Shown here: positions 27,841 through 32,000 of the stretch, in pieces
How the letters are laid out: each line of letters starts with the position of its first letter
How positions within the stretch are numbered: position 1 is the first letter of the stretch
DNA from: Xanthomonas campestris pv. campestris str. ATCC 33913
GTDB taxonomy: Bacteria; Pseudomonadota; Gammaproteobacteria; Xanthomonadales; Xanthomonadaceae
Reading direction: 5' to 3'
Assembly (NCBI RefSeq): GCF_000007145.1
Contig: NC_003902.1
Span: 607,436-639,435, forward strand
Length of the DNA: 32,000 bases
Program-made: the position numbers and the translations under genes
Notes under the pieces: generated by a model
What the model was told of the DNA's origin: nothing
Database searches by the model: none
Seen by the model: only the letters and a program-made list of their open reading frames with translations

Positions 27841-29153
27841 GTAATTCACGTGAATTGGGGGATTTGCTCGAGCAGATTCGGCTGGGCGAAGACTCGCAGC
27901 TGGAATTCAAGCGCGTCGTGTTCGAAAACGACAAAATCAAAGGCCCGAACGGGGATAGCCTTAGCCAGGAAATCGCGGCATTCGCTAATGCCATCGGTGG
28001 GCGCCTGATCCTGGGTGTGGACGACAAGACCCGCGACGTGGTCGGGATTCCATTGGATCGATTGGACGCGGTCAGCATCTGGCTCGAGAACTGCGTGCAT
28101 GACCGCATCAAGCCCGAGCCCACCATCTATTTGCGGCGCAGGCTGGTCCCTGATCGCTCCGGTACCGAGCATGCCGTTTTGGTGATCGATATACCGCGTT
28201 CGCTCTATGTCCATCTCGCCCCAGGTGGTTATTTCCGCCGTCAGGGCAGTTCCAAGCACGAACTGCCGCCAAACGAATTGTTGCGTCTCATGCAGTCGCG
28301 GCAGCGCGCCGGAACTCTGGGGTTCGATGAGATGCCCGTGCTGGGCTGTACGCAGGCGAACTTTGATGCTGCGCTGTACGGTCGCTTTCTCGGCACAACC
28401 GATGAACCTGAGGAACTGCGCCTACGCAAGCTGAAGCTGCTGGTTCCGGGAGAGCCTGGCGAGGAGTGGGCCAGCGTCGCAGGCGTCTTGATGGCGACGG
28501 CCACGCCAAGCGATTGGCTGCCGCAGGCCTATGTGCAGTGCGTGCACTATGCCGGTACCGAGAAGACTGCCCAGGAGCAACTGGATGCGCAGGATATCCA
28601 GGGTCCGCTGGATCAGCAGATTCGTCAGGCTGCCGCCTTCGTACTGCGAGGCATGCGCACTGCGGCACGCAAGAATTTGGGCCGGATCGACGTGCCCCAG
28701 TTCGATCCAGAGGCTGTATTCGAGGCCATCGCCAACGCCGGTGCGCATCGCGACTACTCGATCAGCGGGGCGCCTGTGCAGGTGCATCTGTTCACCGACC
28801 GGCTGGAGATCACCTCGCCCGGCGCGTTGCCTAACTCCCAATCGGTGGAGTCGATCGCCCTGCGCACCGCCACCCGCAATGAACTGTTGACCAACCTACT
28901 GGCGCGTTGTCCGGTCGAGATGGAAGGCGTCGGCCGGAGCCGCGTGATGGAGAAGCGTGGCGAGGGCGTGCCGCAGATACTTAATCGCAGCGAGCGCCTA
29001 TCTGGGCATCGGCCAAAGTTCGAGTTGCTGGGTGAAAATGCATTACGTGTGACGTTGTACGCAGCCGATCCTGAAACGAGCCCGCTATTGAACGAAGCCG
29101 GTAGAGGCAGTGTGGGCCTCCCCCATGCGGGCTTTGCCCGCGACGATGGCTGA
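27837..29153 (+). CDS. AlbA_2 (Schlafen-like) domain protein with HATPase_c_4-like C-terminal module ('RecG-like' putative regulator family)
   Basis: ATG 27837 overlaps the helicase stop (ATGA). Contains 'EDSQLEFKRV', 'AAFANAIGGRLILGVDD', and later 'FEAIANAGAHRDYS', 'LEITSPGALP', 'TRNELLTNLLAR'. Confidence 0.8.
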   Translation: MSNSRELGDLLEQIRLGEDSQLEFKRVVFENDKIKGPNGDSLSQEIAAFANAIGGRLILGVDDKTRDVVGIPLDRLDAVSIWLENCVHDRIKPEPTIYLRRRLVPDRSGTEHAVLVIDIPRSLYVHLAPGGYFRRQGSSKHELPPNELLRLMQSRQRAGTLGFDEMPVLGCTQANFDAALYGRFLGTTDEPEELRLRKLKLLVPGEPGEEWASVAGVLMATATPSDWLPQAYVQCVHYAGTEKTAQEQLDAQDIQGPLDQQIRQAAAFVLRGMRTAARKNLGRIDVPQFDPEAVFEAIANAGAHRDYSISGAPVQVHLFTDRLEITSPGALPNSQSVESIALRTATRNELLTNLLARCPVEMEGVGRSRVMEKRGEGVPQILNRSERLSGHRPKFELLGENALRVTLYAADPETSPLLNEAGRGSVGLPHAGFARDDG

Positions 29154-29191
29154 AGAATTGATCTACTGCTGATAGAAGTAGGTGGAGTCGC

Positions 29192-29212
29192 TAGCTCTCG
29201 TACCAAGAGCTA
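29192..29212 (+). promoter_or_regulatory. Perfect 7-bp-stem hairpin (TAGCTCT-cgtacca-AGAGCTA) in the AT-rich spacer before the PHP-ATPase gene
   Basis: Read directly from the sequence. No T-run follows. The function (operator, processing site or weak terminator) is unknown. Confidence 0.25.
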
Positions 29213-29281
29213 TCCCTGCGGCCATAGGCAGGTATAAGTTGAAATACGAAACAACTGACACAAAAGCCAAGGAGAGCCGAT

Positions 29282-32000
29282 ATGACAGACTTCCCAGGAG
29301 CGCGCTGGTGGCGTTGCGATTTCCACAATCACACGCCAGCATCCAGCGACTACCGCGGCAACACCGCATACTCGGATCGTGATTGGCTTCTGGACTACAT
29401 GCGTGCCGGGATCGACTGCGTTGCGATAACCGATCACAATTGTGGCGACCGCATTGACGCGTTGCGCGGCGCTTTGGCCGTTCTTGCCGCCCAACAGCCG
29501 GCTGATCCAGCTTATCGCCCATTGGTACTTTTGCCCGGCGTAGAAATTACTACTTCTGAAGGTCTGCACCTACTGGCGATCTTCGACGAGGCTGAGCCTG
29601 CGGGCACCATCAATCGTGTATTGATCCGCATCGATTGCCCGAAGCTTGGGAAGAATCACGACAAGCAGTGCGGCAAGAATGCATTAGACACGATCGAGGC
29701 AATTCGGAAGGAAGGGGGAATTGTTGTCGCCGCCCATGTAGACAGCAACAACGGTCTGTACGAGACACAGGCGACCAGTTCCGCCAGTGGTGTGCTGTGT
29801 TATAAAACACGCTTGAAATCAAGAACACTCGTCCAGATCCTGCCCGGAATAGATGCGGCCCAAGTGGTGAACGAATGCAACCCCGCAATCGCTGGCTATC
29901 TGCCTGCGCTACGCGAGCGCGTCGCCATTGTCGCTGGTTCGGATGCGCACATGCCTGCTGAAGCTGGTTCGGCTAGCACCTGGGTCAAGATGAGTCGTCC
30001 TAGCTTGCGGGCATTGCGCATGGCGCTGGTTGATCATAAAGGCAGCGTCCAGCGTTTCGATTCAACACTGCCGAACCCTAACCGCACACCGCCACTGTGG
30101 CTGAGCGGTCTTAGTGCTGGCCCGCTGCAGCTGCGCCAGAATCCGCAGCAGGGTCAGCTAAACGTCGAGTTCAACCCATGGTTCAACAGCATCATCGGTG
30201 GACGTGGCACTGGTAAGTCGTCGTTGGTGGAACTGCTGAGAATCGTGCTTCGTCGAGATGGCGATCTGGCAGGCGAGCGTAGTGGTCCACTAGCGCAGAT
30301 CCATGATGTCTTCAGGAATTTCGCGCTTGCCAATGACAAGGACGGCCGTGGCGCCCTGCGTTCCGATACCAAGATCCAGGTCAAACTGAATAAGGATGGG
30401 CAAGCGATGGCCGTGGCATGGGACAAGCGTTCCGGCCTGACAACGATCGAAGAACATACTGGTAGCGACTGGTCGCCGGTACCGGAACAAATTGATGACG
30501 ACTATGTGCGCAATCGCTTCCCGGTGACGGTACTGAGCCAGAAGCAGATCTATGCGCTTGCTGAACAGCGCGGCTACCTACTCGAGTTGCTCGACCGGCA
30601 ACCGCAGGTTGACAAAGCACAATGGCAGCGTCGATTCGACGCGATGCGCCAACGCTTCCTTGGCCTTCGTGCACAAGCGCGGCAACTGGCGCCCGACTTG
30701 AGCCAGCGGCCTGCGCTTGAAGCCGAACTGCGTGACACCGAGCGCAAGCTCAAAGCGCTGGAACTGTCGCACCATGCAAGCAGCTTGCAGGCCTATCAGC
30801 GTGCGCGGCGCCAACTGAGCGCGCAGCAGAACCTGCTCGCGCAGTGGCAGAGCGACCTCGAAAGCATGCGACCAGTGGTTGAGGATTCCGACCTGTTTCG
30901 GCGCATCGAGTTCGAAGGATTCGATCAGGCCACTGGCGATGAAGCCGAGTTCATAGGATTGGTCGAGCAGGTTGAGTCGGAGCTACGCGGCCACTACGAG
31001 CAGATTCGGACTGCCGTGTCGCAGATCGAGGCTACCCTGGCGACGACACCTGCCCGTTTCGCCGCCTTACGCTTGCAGGTTGCGATTACGCAAGCGCAGG
31101 CCGACTATCAGGCGCTGCTGGAGAGACTGAAGTCTCAGGGAGTGGAATCGCCCGATCAATACGCGGCACTGGTCGCCCGGAGGGACGAACTGCAGAAGGA
31201 GCTAAAGCGTCTGGATGCAGGTCTTCATGAACAGGCAGGCTACATACAGCAAGCAGAGCAGGTGCTTGAGGAATTGACGCAGCTGCGCCATGAGATTAGC
31301 GAAAGCCGGAAAGATTTCATCACAGAGATCAACCAGCGGGCAGGGAATAGAATTCGTCTGAGTCTGTCGCGTTTCGGTACGCCGGAAATTGCCGAAACTC
31401 GCTTCCGTGAGTTGATCAAACAACCCACAGCGTTCGCCGAGGATATCTACGAAGTGCTGGAGGGCGGCGCCAGACGCGGTGTGCTGCACCGGTTGTTCAG
31501 CGCATCTGTCGCGGACTTCGAGAACGAGCTCTCTGCTTTGAAGAAAGAGATCCTACGCATGCGGCAGGAACCTGCCAAGCATGAGGACCTGCTCGGCGAA
31601 AAAGTTAACAAACGACTACGAACGCACATCGAAACCAGACTTGGTGAGCTGGAGATTGATGAATTGCTGACGTGGTTTCCGGATGACGGTCTCGATCTTA
31701 TGTTCACGCAGAGCGGAAAATCGCGATCAGTGGACGGAGCTTCCGCAGGCCAGAAAAGCGCTGCTGTGTTGTCTCTACTGCTGGCGTTTGGCGGAGAGCC
31801 GTTGATCGTGGATCAGCCTGAAGACGATCTGGACAACGCAATGGTGATGGATCTGGTCGTCAGCCAGATACGCGCCAACAAGACGCATCGGCAGTTGATC
31901 GTTGTTACCCATAATCCAAATGTGGTGGTCAACGGGGACGCTGAATGGGTAATACCAATGCATTTCCATAAAGGTCAAATCGATGTGGATGCGACTGGCT
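29282..32000 (+). CDS. PHP-domain phosphoesterase fused to SMC/Rad50/SbcC-type coiled-coil ABC ATPase (3' end outside window; absent from supplied ORF track)
   Basis: SD AAGGAGAG (29269-29276) precedes ATG 29282. I translated 906 codons by hand to 31999 with no stop. PHP motifs: 'CDFHNHT', 'ITDHN', 'GVEITT', 'AAHVD', 'GSDAH'. Walker A 'GGRGTGKSS' (30197-30220), a ~480-residue Q/E/R/L-rich segment, signature-like 'SAGQKSA' (31742-31759), Walker B 'LIVDQPEDDLD' (31802-31834), and 'VVTHNPN'. Confidence 0.85.
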   Translation, partial: MTDFPGARWWRCDFHNHTPASSDYRGNTAYSDRDWLLDYMRAGIDCVAITDHNCGDRIDALRGALAVLAAQQPADPAYRPLVLLPGVEITTSEGLHLLAIFDEAEPAGTINRVLIRIDCPKLGKNHDKQCGKNALDTIEAIRKEGGIVVAAHVDSNNGLYETQATSSASGVLCYKTRLKSRTLVQILPGIDAAQVVNECNPAIAGYLPALRERVAIVAGSDAHMPAEAGSASTWVKMSRPSLRALRMALVDHKGSVQRFDSTLPNPNRTPPLWLSGLSAGPLQLRQNPQQGQLNVEFNPWFNSIIGGRGTGKSSLVELLRIVLRRDGDLAGERSGPLAQIHDVFRNFALANDKDGRGALRSDTKIQVKLNKDGQAMAVAWDKRSGLTTIEEHTGSDWSPVPEQIDDDYVRNRFPVTVLSQKQIYALAEQRGYLLELLDRQPQVDKAQWQRRFDAMRQRFLGLRAQARQLAPDLSQRPALEAELRDTERKLKALELSHHASSLQAYQRARRQLSAQQNLLAQWQSDLESMRPVVEDSDLFRRIEFEGFDQATGDEAEFIGLVEQVESELRGHYEQIRTAVSQIEATLATTPARFAALRLQVAITQAQADYQALLERLKSQGVESPDQYAALVARRDELQKELKRLDAGLHEQAGYIQQAEQVLEELTQLRHEISESRKDFITEINQRAGNRIRLSLSRFGTPEIAETRFRELIKQPTAFAEDIYEVLEGGARRGVLHRLFSASVADFENELSALKKEILRMRQEPAKHEDLLGEKVNKRLRTHIETRLGELEIDELLTWFPDDGLDLMFTQSGKSRSVDGASAGQKSAAVLSLLLAFGGEPLIVDQPEDDLDNAMVMDLVVSQIRANKTHRQLIVVTHNPNVVVNGDAEWVIPMHFHKGQIDVDATG

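Noticed and set aside
29163-29888. Minus-strand ORFs 29163..29522, 29210..29569 and 29610..29888 listed in the track
   Set aside because: They are antisense to the much longer, motif-rich PHP-ATPase ORF that the track omitted. No supporting signals.

Overview
High-GC Xanthomonas-type chromosomal segment. By inference it belongs to the X. translucens group, because it carries an InaX-type ice-nucleation gene and many GGGAATC-type heptamer repeats.

Left to right:
- A translationally coupled phospholipid gene trio: a CDP-alcohol transferase fragment, a PlsC-like acyltransferase and a CdsA-like enzyme.
- A ~1 kb ORF-free gap.
- A 1333-codon ice-nucleation gene with 68 hand-counted 16-residue repeats.
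- fis, then a Pro/Ala-rich DUF3426-type membrane protein.
- An XRE regulator divergent from a Trp-rich membrane protein, then prmA.
- A 23-unit heptamer array, two unknown exported proteins, and a 5-copy 97-bp tandem repeat.
- accC, a four-helix-bundle (23S-IVS-type) gene, accB and aroQ.
- An ~830 bp repeat-bearing gap.
- dsbD (tandemly duplicated alpha domain) and cutA.
- A secreted LTD/endonuclease-I nuclease, then groES-groEL.

Directly after the groEL terminator the composition drops and a same-strand gene set begins. It comprises an SNF2 helicase, an ATGA-coupled AlbA_2/Schlafen-like protein, and a >906-codon PHP-phosphoesterase/SMC-type ATPase fusion. The fusion ORF runs off the window and is absent from the supplied ORF track. 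This block is my best candidate for an undescribed defence-type system.

The second most interesting signal is a pair of inverted four-unit heptamer arrays. They bracket the four-helix-bundle gene between accB and accC and recur as an 'empty' 116-bp element between groES and groEL.

All family assignments come from motif reading by eye. No database search was possible.
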